From contig CP120454.1 of assembly GCA_034226945.1 (NCBI GenBank), forward strand, positions 186,001 through 250,000: 64,000 nucleotides of DNA. Reading direction: 5' to 3'. This document shows positions 20,815 to 31,830 of this stretch, piece by piece. How positions within the stretch are numbered: the stretch's first letter is position 1; every line of letters begins with the position of its first letter. The notes beneath the pieces are model-generated. The model searched no databases. It saw only the letters and a list, made by a program, of their open reading frames with translations, and was not told where the DNA came from. The position numbers and the translations under genes are program-made. This DNA comes from Picochlorum sp. SENEW3 (taxonomy: Eukaryota).

Positions 20815-23802
20815 ATGGAAAGTGTGACGCCAATGCTACGGTTATCAGGCGTTCGCGGCGCAATATCGTACATGCCGCGAAGTACACGTTATATATATGG
20901 AACAATCAGCAATGGTCGGGGAAGATTGGGTAGGCAGCGGCGTATTGTGTTGCCCCAAGGTGTGTCAAAGGGAACGGCGTCTTCTTGGACGGTGGATGCA
21001 CGTGAGGAGTGGCATGTGAAAGACGAAGTGATTAGTGAGTTGGCAGTTGTTGCTCCTGCGGATAAGATGCATGGGAATGAGACGAGAGATGAGGTGACCA
21101 TGTTTGTGCTGGGTGGTTTGGCTGCCGTGGGGACACACTATGTGTTGAGGTTCTTGGGGACTCTGCCTGTTATACGAGACTTGGTGAAGCGATTTATATG
21201 GTGGGCAGAGCCGAAATTGCGGTCGAAAGATTCAGTGTCGTTGCTTGAGAGTTCGAGTGATGCAGAGGCACCAGATGGTGATGGTGGCGCCAAGGAAGTT
21301 GAGGAACCAAGTAGTAGTAGCTCTAGATGGCGAGGCAATGTGGTGCCGTACGCAGATAGTGGTCTCATTTCATTAAAAGATGAGAAAAAGTTTTCGTTAG
21401 TGGATATAGAGGGAGGGGAGACTGTCGAGTGGGTGAACATGTGCTGGAGAAAGGCGTGGCGAGTATATCAGAGAGGTTTGGAGAGATGGCTTGCTGACTT
21501 ACTGCAGCCTGTGTTTGATAGTCTAGTTCAGGATAAAATGGTTCCTGCATTTGTTCAAAAGCTCAGGATTACAGAGTTTACGCTTGATCACGAAGCTCCT
21601 TATTTCACAAACATGCGTAGGAGGAGCAGTAGGAAGGACTCGGACTTGAATGGTGTTGTGGATGTGAGATACACTGGCGGGGCTCGAATGGTCCTGTCGA
21701 TTGAAATAGGTACCAAGAATCGATATAGCCGATTGAAAGTTCCTGTCATGGTTTCTGATTTGGATTTGGAGTGTCGATTATGGCTCAAGCTGAGGCTTGC
21801 CCCCATGTGTCCCTACATTGGGACGATGAGCATGGCATTCGTCGGACCACCAACAATAAAGGTCCAATTATCCCCGTATGATAGGATTAAATTGATGAGG
21901 ATTCCAGTGATACAGCCCTTCTTGACCAAACTGTTCACAGTAGATTTGCCCAGATTGATGACCTTGCCAAATAAATTGGACATTGCCATTCCTCCTGCAG
22001 TCACGGCTGTGGCGGAGGCTGCCGTGGGTCGAGATGCAGTTATGAGGGCTGTTGCATCTGCTGTCTTACAAGCAGATGCGCTCGAGCATGCGTTAGTATC
22101 AGCGTTGCCCCTTGGTCCCCAAGGTGCAGCAGGCGGTATTTCTCTGCCTGATTTGTTCCGAGGAGAGCTGTTGGTCACATTGAAAGGAGCAAAGGATCTT
22201 CCTGTGTGGGGATTCCCTTGGCAGAGTAATCCATACTGTAGACTGGCGTTGGGAGCGCAGGCTGTTATGAGTAGAAAGGATAATGAAACATCACAGCCAT
22301 CACGGCATCGTGGACCTGTATGGAATCAGGAGTTTCAATTTTTGGTCGAGGATTCGTCGGTTCAGGCTCTAGAAATATGGATTATGGATAGTCCTATCAC
22401 TGGAAGGACGGATGTTGCATATGCCAAGATTCCCTTGTCAGAATTACCTTCCACAGGTGCCATGGATGCATGGTTTGATTTAAAGAGCAGCATGCCAGCA
22501 GAGACCTCTGGCGGATCTGTACGAATGTCATTGACATATAAACCATTCCAAGATGATGATATCGATAGTGGGTATCGGGAAGCTGCCGCGCAAGCATTCT
22601 CGCTTGAAGAGGATCGACCAGACTCTGATGATATTATAGATGTCAAGACTGCTGCAGATGCCAGTTCAAGGGCAGCCGTAGCAGCATCTGCAGCAGCCGC
22701 GGCAGTTGCTGTGACAAAAGCTGCAGCTGCGCGAGCTGCTGCTCGTCTCTCCAGAATGGCCACGGAAGCAAATGAGAACAAATCAGAAGATGATGATGAT
22801 GATGGTGAAACTCCAAAAGCACCAGAAGAAGAAGAACAACAACAACAGGAAGAAGAGCCTGAGAGAGAAATGATGGTTCGAGAACTTAATACAATGGCAG
22901 AAACGATGCATCACTTGGAGGATGAGATTACGGCGTTGAATGAAGAAGGAAATGGGGCATCCACCAAGGCTGTTGAACTCTTGTCAACCGCAGAGTCTCG
23001 TGCAGTCTCAGCAATGAATGAAGGAAATGTCCACAAGGCGAATGAAATATTAGGAGATGCTGCGAAAACCCTTGAAGAACATATCAGAGAATCGAGGGAA
23101 TCCCACCAGCATTCAAATGGCGCAGAGGATGACGACCATGTCTCGGGGCAGGAAAAGGCAGAAAGGGCCATCACAGCAGCAAGAGCAGCAGCACAGGCTG
23201 CAGCCATTGCAGTGACTGAAGCTGACTCGGTACGGCATAGCACAATAGAAGAAGACAACAAACCATACCATATTATCTCCGACTCGGAAGATTCCTGGGG
23301 AACTGATGCCACACCATCCACATCCTCCCCCAAAACACAGACAAAGCCCACGCTGCCTCAAAACCTTGAGGAACAGGCCTCCGATGACGAGCAACAATCA
23401 GAGACACCGTGGTGGAATAAAGCAGCCGGTTGGGTCATGAGTCACCTGGGAAAGAAGGACACCTCGGAAAGAGATACTGCTGTCGAAGATGCCGATGGAA
23501 GCGCAGTCAACACCAGTGACATGTCATGGTTTGACTACCAAAACTTGACACCAGAGGACAGGAGACGACTCCCAGTAGGAGATATTGTCTTGGGAGATGA
23601 TATTCCTATCGAAGAAATCGCCGCAGAAGTCCAAAAGAGCTGGAAACTCAGAGACGTACACGTAGAGACGCTCGTCCAAAAAGCCCTGGAAGCCAGACAG
23701 CGACAAAATGAACTCCCCCTGCTCCTCATCACCTCCATCATGGCAACCTCAAGTGCCATTCTGTTATCCATTGTACTGTATAGACTTTTGCAGTCGAACT
23801 AA
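20815..23802 (+). CDS. SMP- and C2-domain membrane protein (synaptotagmin/NTMC2-like)
   Basis: N-terminal transit-like region and TM segment, SMP start ETVEWVNMCWRKAWRVY, C2 motif GPVWNQEFQFLVED, acidic tail and C-terminal TM. Confidence 0.85.
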   Translation: MESVTPMLRLSGVRGAISYMPRSTRYIYGTISNGRGRLGRQRRIVLPQGVSKGTASSWTVDAREEWHVKDEVISELAVVAPADKMHGNETRDEVTMFVLGGLAAVGTHYVLRFLGTLPVIRDLVKRFIWWAEPKLRSKDSVSLLESSSDAEAPDGDGGAKEVEEPSSSSSRWRGNVVPYADSGLISLKDEKKFSLVDIEGGETVEWVNMCWRKAWRVYQRGLERWLADLLQPVFDSLVQDKMVPAFVQKLRITEFTLDHEAPYFTNMRRRSSRKDSDLNGVVDVRYTGGARMVLSIEIGTKNRYSRLKVPVMVSDLDLECRLWLKLRLAPMCPYIGTMSMAFVGPPTIKVQLSPYDRIKLMRIPVIQPFLTKLFTVDLPRLMTLPNKLDIAIPPAVTAVAEAAVGRDAVMRAVASAVLQADALEHALVSALPLGPQGAAGGISLPDLFRGELLVTLKGAKDLPVWGFPWQSNPYCRLALGAQAVMSRKDNETSQPSRHRGPVWNQEFQFLVEDSSVQALEIWIMDSPITGRTDVAYAKIPLSELPSTGAMDAWFDLKSSMPAETSGGSVRMSLTYKPFQDDDIDSGYREAAAQAFSLEEDRPDSDDIIDVKTAADASSRAAVAASAAAAAVAVTKAAAARAAARLSRMATEANENKSEDDDDDGETPKAPEEEEQQQQEEEPEREMMVRELNTMAETMHHLEDEITALNEEGNGASTKAVELLSTAESRAVSAMNEGNVHKANEILGDAAKTLEEHIRESRESHQHSNGAEDDDHVSGQEKAERAITAARAAAQAAAIAVTEADSVRHSTIEEDNKPYHIISDSEDSWGTDATPSTSSPKTQTKPTLPQNLEEQASDDEQQSETPWWNKAAGWVMSHLGKKDTSERDTAVEDADGSAVNTSDMSWFDYQNLTPEDRRRLPVGDIVLGDDIPIEEIAAEVQKSWKLRDVHVETLVQKALEARQRQNELPLLLITSIMATSSAILLSIVLYRLLQSN

Positions 23803-24178
23803 CCGTGTAACACGTACTTCCCTGTACATTGCCGCAGACACCCTGTACATTGTCTCTCACCTCGGGACAACAACGGCACTTGCCAGCGCCGGTCAGACAG
23901 AATTTGACCGTTCAACGGTCGAGCGTCAGACACGTGAAAAAATATACAACCACCACCGCATCGCTCCCCCGATGTATATCAAATTATTTCATTTTATTTC
24001 ATATACCAAGCATAGAACGAGTGAGGTATTGTTTTGAGCACGAGAGACGCTTTTTGTTTTTCAAGCAGAACTTGAGTTGAGGCTGGTTTGCCGCCAAGCG
24101 TGTTTACCTCATCACTGCTTTCCCTCTTGATTGTACTATATAGTATCCATCGCTTGAACTACTAATAATACAACAAAG

Positions 24179-25049
24179 ATGTTCGCTGTTGCGTTGCTCT
24201 GCAATCTGGCGTTGCTCTGTCTTGGTCTATTTCCAACCACTGTACAGTCACATGGATTTCTCCATGCCCCAAAGTCTCGTAATTTCATCGCCTCGAGCGC
24301 TGGGAACTTTTGTCCTCATTGCTTGAATGGAGGTACTGTTGAACGAGTATCTCAATCTGGATCACTTCAGTGGCCTCAGGGGGAGCATGGTATGTGTGGG
24401 GATGCAAAAATGGATACGGTGCCACGGGCTCATGAAGCAGGAGGAAAGTTTTATACACCTGCCACATATGAGACATTTGAGCAAGGACAAGTGATGAACA
24501 TCAATATTACCGTGACAACGAATCATAATGGACGGTTTGCCTTCCGAATTTGTCGAGTCGGTGGGGGGTATGATGATGCCCAGAAGAGAGAGGAGGCAGA
24601 GCTGACCGAGGACTGTCTGAACCAGAATGTGCTGAAACAAGCCAACGTTCAAGGAGCTCAAAACCCCGGTGAGAAATGGTTCTATACAACGCCTGGAGAC
24701 CCCATGTATACTGAATATTCGTTATGGTATGACCTCCCCAAAGATTTGACCTGTGATGGTGTCTCCAGCCACTGCGTTATGCAGTGGCAATGGGTCACCA
24801 TGAACAGCTGCGTGCCCAAAGATTCTCCAAAACAGTATAGGAGACCAATAGGTCTTCGATATTGTGAAGATGAAGGATCCCCATATCCAGAGGTATGTTG
24901 ATGATGATTGTCCTTGTGTTTTTGATGATGGCTTTTTTTTCTAATCCTTCTTCTTCTTCTTCTTTCTGTAGGAATTCTGGAACTGTGCTGACATCGTTAT
25001 CAAACCCACGCAAGGACAATATTCTCGCAAATTGAAAATGCTGCATTGA
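24179..25049 (+). CDS. Secreted lytic polysaccharide monooxygenase-like protein (AA10/AA15-type), copy 1
   Basis: Signal peptide ending VQS followed by His1 (HGFLHAPKSRN), CGD, second His in TTNHNGRFAFRIC, MQWQW, and YPE|EFWNCADI across intron 24893-24971. Confidence 0.88.
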
Positions 25050-25135
25050 TCATACAATGCTCTTTTCATTTTGACATGCACAAGCAATGTCAACAAGTGT
25101 AGAGAGAAGTCTCATGCCCAAGTATACTACACTAC

Positions 25136-25181
25136 ATAATAATAATAATAATAATTCCTTTGCCATAAATAATAATAATAA
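25136..25181. repeat. Two (AAT)n tracts
   Basis: AAT runs between the two LPMO-like genes. Confidence 0.8.
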
Positions 25182-25446
25182 TTTCCTAACAATAATGAAT
25201 TTGATTGTATCTTCCACACCTGTTTGATCCACCTAGTTTTGATTTGAATAGAATGTGGTGCACTCTCATGAGATCATGCAGTTGGTCAACGCTCTGCCAA
25301 GCCAAAAATCTTGACGGTTGACCAGATTGCAAGTTGCAACGGCGGTTGCGGCAAAGTCGACATTCCGAGCACGCTCATCATCCGACACAGGTAAACAAAC
25401 CTTATTATTAATGTTTTTACATACATGGAGTGAAAAAAGTATTGGA

Positions 25447-26550
25447 ATGTTTATATCTCGTACTCTTGAAACTACGAATGCGGTGTCGATTGCTGTGTTG
25501 GTCGTGGTCTTGGCGGTTCAGCTATTCGTCTTACCGGTACATGGCCACGGATACCTCAAATCACCTCCTGCACGGAATGTATTGGCAAACAGTGATTACT
25601 GTCCTCACTGCCTGAATGGTGGTACGGTATCTGCTGTGTCTGCAGGAGGAACTCTTCAGTGGCCTTTGGGACAGCATGGAATCTGTGGTGACCCATATAA
25701 TGCCCCAAAACCTCGCGATCACGAGGTGGGTGGCACGTTTTATGGCACTGGAGCACCAGTGATGACGTATGAGGAAGGATCTGTGATTCGCCTCGAAGTC
25801 ACTGTGACAACAAACCATAATGGACGGTTTATGTTTTCCATTTGTAAAGTCAATGGAGCAACGCCTCAGGATGAAGCAGCACAATTGACTCAAGACTGCT
25901 TGAATGAACATGTTTTGGTGCAAGCCAATGTTCCAGGAGCTCAAAAACCTGGGGAGCAATGGTTCTATACGACCCCAGGAGACCCCATGTATAATGAGTA
26001 CACTATGTACTATCAACTCCCCGACCTCCTGACATGTGATGGGGTGGACTCTCGATGCATTCTGCAGTTTTATTGGGTCAGCGGAAACTCCTGTAATCCT
26101 CCGAATACACCAGAGAAATACAAGAGGCCGTTTGGGTTGCCAGACTGTGGGTCTCCTGGAGCTGCGTATCCGGAGGAGTTTTGGAATTGTGCCGATATCA
26201 AGATTGTATCAAAATCATGGAAATCCTTCTATCCAGAGACCATTGGAGGGATGGAAAAACAGGTCAGATCATCATTGCTACCTTCATATGCCAAGGGCAT
26301 CAAGGATAAGACGATGCATGAACAGGCGGCAGCGACATTGTTCTGTACCACCAAAGTGAATGCCTATGGCATGTTCCCTGATGCTGACAAGAACTGCCGA
26401 GGGTACTTCATCTGCCAGGAATTGGCAAGTTGGTATGTCAACTGCCCATCTGGGATGAGATTTGATGCAGAGACACTCGTATGCCAGTATAACGAGCGCG
26501 CCATCTGTATTGATCTGAGATATCAATCAGGCACAGATGTGCCGTATTGA
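25447..26550 (+). CDS. Secreted LPMO-like protein with C-terminal CBM14 chitin-binding domain, copy 2
   Basis: Signal peptide VHG|HGYLKSPPARN, TTNHNGRF and EEFWNCADI. Six-Cys module C...FPD..NCRGYFIC...CPSGMRFD...C...C. Confidence 0.88.
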   Translation: MFISRTLETTNAVSIAVLVVVLAVQLFVLPVHGHGYLKSPPARNVLANSDYCPHCLNGGTVSAVSAGGTLQWPLGQHGICGDPYNAPKPRDHEVGGTFYGTGAPVMTYEEGSVIRLEVTVTTNHNGRFMFSICKVNGATPQDEAAQLTQDCLNEHVLVQANVPGAQKPGEQWFYTTPGDPMYNEYTMYYQLPDLLTCDGVDSRCILQFYWVSGNSCNPPNTPEKYKRPFGLPDCGSPGAAYPEEFWNCADIKIVSKSWKSFYPETIGGMEKQVRSSLLPSYAKGIKDKTMHEQAAATLFCTTKVNAYGMFPDADKNCRGYFICQELASWYVNCPSGMRFDAETLVCQYNERAICIDLRYQSGTDVPY

Positions 26551-26628
26551 TTTTTTTTCTTCTCCTTGCCAGTCTCCATTCTGTACATTATTTTGTTTAT
26601 ACAACATTACATATACGTCAAGTGACCC

Positions 26629-27339
26629 ATGAAACTGAAGAATACGTATTTTCTGATCCGGTGCGTTGGATGAGCTGTGTCGACTTCCGACACGATCGAA
26701 TCAAAGGGTAAAATCAAACACGGAAACGATACTCCATGAAACCATTTCCATTGCAGGCACGGACACAGTGTTGCGAATGAGAAAAATGTAATTATTAGTT
26801 TACCCGAGGAAGGGATAAAGCCTGAATGGGGATTGACGGATTTGGGTGCTGCTCAGGCAGACTCTGCTGGAGAAGAGTTGATACAAATGTTTGGAAAGGA
26901 CTGGAATCCCAATCATACGGTGATATGTACCTCTCCGTTTAGTCGATGTATCGAAACTGCAGCTAGAATTGCTAGTCATATGGATATTCATTTGCATGAT
27001 GCTCGTATGAGACGGTCAGATGCGCTGAGGGAGAGGTATTTTGGAGCAGCATTGGAGGGTGCATCGTCGAGTCTGTATCATACGGTGTGGGAGCAAGATG
27101 AGAAGGATTCTACTGCGGTTCCGGAAGGGGGCGGGGAATCTGTTGCCGATGTGGCAGCGCGGCTGCGGCAGTTTCTGTACGAGGTTGAGGATTCTGTGGA
27201 GGGTCAGAATGTTGTGATTGTGTCGCATGGGGATTCGCTGTCGATTCTCATCAGTTTGATATTAGAAGAGGATTTGAGATATCATTGGAATATTGGCTTG
27301 AAAAATTGTCAGATATATCGTATTGATCCGACGAGGTAA
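26629..27339 (+). CDS. Histidine phosphatase (phosphoglycerate mutase-like) family protein
   Basis: YFLIR|HG catalytic motif across intron 26661-26756; SPFSRCIETA, LRERYFG, GGESV and VSHGD. Confidence 0.9.
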
Positions 27340-27415
27340 AAAAAACAATGAGAGTCTTACACAGACAGAAAAAGATGAGAAATTCTTCATGTCGTCACGA
27401 GGGCTACCTTTTCAA

Positions 27416-29314
27416 TCATTTGCCTTTACTGTCGAAGAATGGGTTGTTACTTCCTTCTTCTTCCTGTTCAGCATTGAACATTGCGTTTGATGTCATGCCT
27501 GTCCCAGTTCGTGCGCTTGTCTTTGCGCTCTCAGTCGCGGTATCATACCTTCTAGAGGAGTCCAACTCCAAATCCGTCTGTACGGAATCATACCCTGTTG
27601 TTCCCGTTCTTGGCGATTCAAACATTGGGTTATTGCCCTCCTCATCTGATGATGCGATTTCAGCCGGCACGTCGTACATCTTCTCTGATTGCAGTCCAGA
27701 GCGAGCAGAGTCAAGCTTGGAGCGAGCAGTCAGAGGAGCTGTTGTATCGGATGGAGTCGCATATGTTTGATCAGGATCTGATAAATCGCTTCCTGTGCGC
27801 TCTAAGCTCAGAGGGTTGACCCCCTTGGCGGCTGCAGTGGTGTCACGCCCACTCATGGGTGGGGTGCTGTCAGCATCATAGGCTGCCCCGTCATATGTTT
27901 TAAACTCTTCTTTTGTCGATGCTTTCACCTGGCCAGTCTCCTTGGCATCATCATCTTCATCGGCGAGAGGGTTTGTTGTATACATGGCTGTTCCTGACTT
28001 TTCTCCTTGGACCACATTGCCCACCTTGCCAGCCTTGAGAGGTGCATCTCTCTTTTTCTTATACAAGAACCACCCAAGTCCACCCAAGAGAGCAACACCG
28101 ACAACACCACCAATTGTTCCTCCGACAATCGCACCGACATTTGTTGATGATTCCTCCTCGAATTCGACTGATTCTGGAATCAAAATCAAGCCAATAGAAC
28201 CCAATGCTTCTTCCAAACTGCCATCATCAACTGCAGCACTCAAGTTGTCGATCGTTTCGTCTGGAGTGTTGGTGAAAATAGTATTAGTAATCTCCAACGT
28301 TGTGGATTGCAGCAAGAGGCGCCTGGATGGATTCTCCACAACGGTTGCACTCACTTCAATAAATCTGGGAACCTGGGCAGCATTTGCAATGATGGTTGTG
28401 TACTCATTAATCTTCGACGCGAACTCTTCTTGAGTCAAACCGACTCCCTTGAACTTCATCTTGATATACGTCGACGGCTTTGAGATTGGAGCAGGGGATG
28501 GCACTGGAGCAGGGGATGGTGTGGGTTCTGGTGATGGCTCTGGCGATGGCTCTGGAACAGGCGATGGCTCTGGTGATGGCTCTGGCTCTGGCTCCGGTGC
28601 TGGTTCGGGCGATGGCACTGGTGGGTATGTTGGATTCACATTTGGCAACTGCGGGGAAGACGGATCGCAAGGTCCATAAAACACCGGAATCGACGAATCC
28701 CCTGCATTGGGATTATCTTTGCAGAGTTCAGCATTGCCAGCAAAAGATGCAGCGGCCAAATTTGGTAAAGTGGCCCAGCTCGCTGGAATTTCCCCAGTAA
28801 AATTATTCTCAGACAGATCGATTGCTTCAAGATTTGTTAATTTGGACCATTCCTCTGGCAAATCCCCAAACAAATTGTTTCCAGACAAATCAACACCCTT
28901 CAAATTGGCCAAGACATCCCATGACACTGGAAGAATACTCTCCAACTGATTACCACTAAACGACAAGTACTCCAACGCATCGACATTACTAATCTGAGGG
29001 GGGACAAAACCACTGATTGCATTCTGAGCCAGATTGATGTTTTGCAACGTATTCAAATTAGACCACAATGACTCATCCAGAGGCAACTGCCCTTGTAATC
29101 CCTTGTTCTGCAAGTCAATAGTAATCACTTGATTCGCTCCATTACATGTAATGCCTTCCCAAGTGCACACATCCGTTGAAGGAGACCAATTTAGAGTTCC
29201 CTGCCTGTCAATTGCTGCCCGGAGAAGCAACAAAGATTCCTTCTGATCTACCTGCCCAGCCACAAGGCTGCTGAGGAACAGTGTCAGAACAAGCACAACA
29301 CTGCTCGTATGCAT
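27416..29314 (-). CDS. LRR receptor-like type I membrane protein with Pro-rich stalk, no kinase domain
   Basis: Signal peptide, plant-type LRR cap (W...CTWEGITC), about 5 LxxLDLSxNxLxGxLP repeats, (PEPS)n stalk, RRLL motif, Gly-rich TM followed by KKKR, and a cytoplasmic tail of about 215 aa. Confidence 0.85.
   Translation of the reverse strand: MHTSSVVLVLTLFLSSLVAGQVDQKESLLLLRAAIDRQGTLNWSPSTDVCTWEGITCNGANQVITIDLQNKGLQGQLPLDESLWSNLNTLQNINLAQNAISGFVPPQISNVDALEYLSFSGNQLESILPVSWDVLANLKGVDLSGNNLFGDLPEEWSKLTNLEAIDLSENNFTGEIPASWATLPNLAAASFAGNAELCKDNPNAGDSSIPVFYGPCDPSSPQLPNVNPTYPPVPSPEPAPEPEPEPSPEPSPVPEPSPEPSPEPTPSPAPVPSPAPISKPSTYIKMKFKGVGLTQEEFASKINEYTTIIANAAQVPRFIEVSATVVENPSRRLLLQSTTLEITNTIFTNTPDETIDNLSAAVDDGSLEEALGSIGLILIPESVEFEEESSTNVGAIVGGTIGGVVGVALLGGLGWFLYKKKRDAPLKAGKVGNVVQGEKSGTAMYTTNPLADEDDDAKETGQVKASTKEEFKTYDGAAYDADSTPPMSGRDTTAAAKGVNPLSLERTGSDLSDPDQTYATPSDTTAPLTARSKLDSARSGLQSEKMYDVPAEIASSDEEGNNPMFESPRTGTTGYDSVQTDLELDSSRRYDTATESAKTSARTGTGMTSNAMFNAEQEEEGSNNPFFDSKGK
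28490..28625 (-). repeat. Coding tandem repeat encoding (PEPS/PVPS/PAP)n
   Basis: Repeated ggcgatggctct/ggtgatggctct units on the + strand. Confidence 0.85.
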
Positions 29315-30070
29315 GGCAGGCCCGTTCACGTGCGACACAAATCAAATCTATCTGCAAAAGACATGTATATCACATGAGAAACGAGGCCAAACGCGTCATT
29401 CCTGGATCTTGCGCAGCATCCACCTTATATCCACCAAAATTCGCCACTTTGATCAAAACATATATGAGTATGGATGCAAAAACAGACGCCTCGGCTGGCA
29501 ATATGCCAAGACGCCAGCAAATCCTTCCCACAACGATAATCTGATCCCCAACTCGGCATACTTCCCACCCAAACACGCCCGCATCTCCTCCAAATAGACC
29601 AATAATATACATATAGTCAAAATATCCCGTCTAAACGGGAAATAGAAGGGAGTATACCGCGCGTGCAACACCAGATCTGACAGTCACCGACCAGGCTATA
29701 CCCACCACCCCATATCCCACGCCAGCCCCCAATAACGACACATTTGTTCTTCAAATACGTATTATATCCCTAATTGTACCCCTGGAGCATGCTCCATGGC
29801 ACAAAGACGCACCTCCGTCGTCCTCCGGTCCAGAAACAGCTGCAGTCTCTCTCTCTCGTGAATACAGGTGATATACGATGCAGTTTGATATGAATCTATG
29901 GTATGTTTTAATCAAATACTTGAATAAAACTGATCAGACGCAGTCCCGCCCGCATATTTTGCATTCGACAAGGTCGCAATCTCCTCTATGCGCGATGGCG
30001 GAGATTCAGTCCCAGGGCCTGGGACACACTGCGAGTGCGAACATCATTACAACAAAACACGAATGGCAAT

Positions 30071-31561
30071 CTATGCTGAAGCAATACGTTGTACATGCTC
30101 GGAAGCAGCTTCAATACGTGCTTCCATTTCTGGTCTGAAATGGCGAATCAATCCCTGAACTGGCCACGCAGCTGCATCTCCCAGGGCGCAAATGGTGTGA
30201 CCCTCAATCTGCTTTGTGAGCTCCCAAAGCATGTCGATTTCTTCCACACGGGCGTCACCCTTCTTCATTCGAGTCATAATATCGTACAGCCAGCCAGTTC
30301 CTTCTCTACACGGTGTGCACTGTCCACAACTTTCGTGCTTGTAAAAGTACGATAACCGAGCAATAGCTTCAATAATATCTGTGCTCTTGTCCATCACAAT
30401 AACGGCTGCCGTACCTAATCCACTCTGGAGTTCTTTCAATCCATCAAAATCCATGATTGCCGTCTCGCACACGTGTCGTGGTATGCAGGGGACGGAAGAT
30501 CCTCCCGGGATGATGGCCAACAGATTGTCCCATCCACCCCGTACACCACCAGCATGTCGCTCAATCAATTCCTTCAATGGAATGCTCATTTCCTCTTCCA
30601 CAGTGACTGGTCTATTCACGTGTCCACTGATAGCAAACAGCTTTGTCCCGTGATTATTCTTTCTACCAAAGGAAGAGAACCACTCTGGTCCTCTACGGAG
30701 AATGGTTGGGCTCACAGACACCGTCTCCACATTGGTCACAGTCGTTGGGCACCCATACAACCCCACATTCGCAGGGAAAGGGGGCTTCAACCTCGGCTTC
30801 CCTTGCTTTCCTTCCAAACTTTCAATCAATGCCGTTTCTTCCCCGCAAATATATGCCCCAGCTCCCCAATGCACATTCAAATCAAAGTCATACCCTGACC
30901 CACACGCATTCTTCCCCAAATACCCCTTCTTGTACGCCTCGTCAACCGCACGCATCACTGCTTTACGTTCTTCAACAAATTCTCCGCGAATGTAAATATA
31001 CCCAGCTCTTGCACGCATTCCCACCCCAGCAATCAGACACCCTTCCACCAACTTGTGTGGCTCATGTCTCATAATCTCCCTATCTTTGCACGTCCCTGGC
31101 TCAGACTCATCCGCATTCACCACCAAATACGACGGCCTTCCATCAGATACTTTTGGCATAAAACTCCACTTCAATCCAGAGGGAAATCCAGCTCCACCTC
31201 GCCCCCGAAGACCGCTCTGCTTCATTTGCTCCACAATCCAATCCGACCCCTTCTCTACCAAATTCTTCGTCATATACCAATCCCCACGTGCCTCGGCACC
31301 AGCTATAAAAGGATCGTGACGCCCATATATATTCGTAAAGATACGATCCTCATCTTTCAAGCCCCCGAACGTTGTCTTCTCCACCGCATCCGCGGATGCC
31401 CTGGCTGTGGACACAAATCCCCTCTTCCCAGCATTCATACTCTTCTCTATCCCATCTTTTCGTACTTCTGATATGAGCCTTGTGGTAGCAGAGACCTGCG
31501 TGGACTCTCCCAACAACACCCTGGCAAGGGTGCTCGTCGAACGTCGTGCAGCTGACTGCAT
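30071..31561 (-). CDS. NDUFV1: NADH:ubiquinone oxidoreductase 51-kDa flavoprotein subunit
   Basis: [44 protein letters not shown] and [12 protein letters not shown]. Confidence 0.98.
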   Translation of the reverse strand: MQSAARRSTSTLARVLLGESTQVSATTRLISEVRKDGIEKSMNAGKRGFVSTARASADAVEKTTFGGLKDEDRIFTNIYGRHDPFIAGAEARGDWYMTKNLVEKGSDWIVEQMKQSGLRGRGGAGFPSGLKWSFMPKVSDGRPSYLVVNADESEPGTCKDREIMRHEPHKLVEGCLIAGVGMRARAGYIYIRGEFVEERKAVMRAVDEAYKKGYLGKNACGSGYDFDLNVHWGAGAYICGEETALIESLEGKQGKPRLKPPFPANVGLYGCPTTVTNVETVSVSPTILRRGPEWFSSFGRKNNHGTKLFAISGHVNRPVTVEEEMSIPLKELIERHAGGVRGGWDNLLAIIPGGSSVPCIPRHVCETAIMDFDGLKELQSGLGTAAVIVMDKSTDIIEAIARLSYFYKHESCGQCTPCREGTGWLYDIMTRMKKGDARVEEIDMLWELTKQIEGHTICALGDAAAWPVQGLIRHFRPEMEARIEAASEHVQRIASA

Positions 31562-31830
31562 CTCGATTTCAACAGTCTTCCTTTCCCAAGAAATGTATCG
31601 GTAATTTCCTACAGACGCACACCCAAAGGTCAGGGGTTTTCAAGGCGCATGGGTGGCCTACTTCCCTCGACAAAAGATGATTGATCCTTGGATCCCATTA
31701 AACCCATTGGTTGATGGTGGATGATGTATATACCAGAATCTCTCCCGAATTCACATGTATAGTATGCATCCCCATCCACAGCAGCCTAATCTATTCATAG
31801 TAATCGTGGATCAGAAGGCGATATAGTACC

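Noticed and set aside
28490..28625. Tandem repeats resembling an array
   Set aside because: Codon-level repeat of the Pro-rich stalk with no spacer structure; not CRISPR.
29340..29880. ORFs upstream of the LRR gene
   Set aside because: More simply explained as a 5' UTR intron (minus-strand GTGCGT donor near 29812, TTTTGCAG acceptor near 29352).
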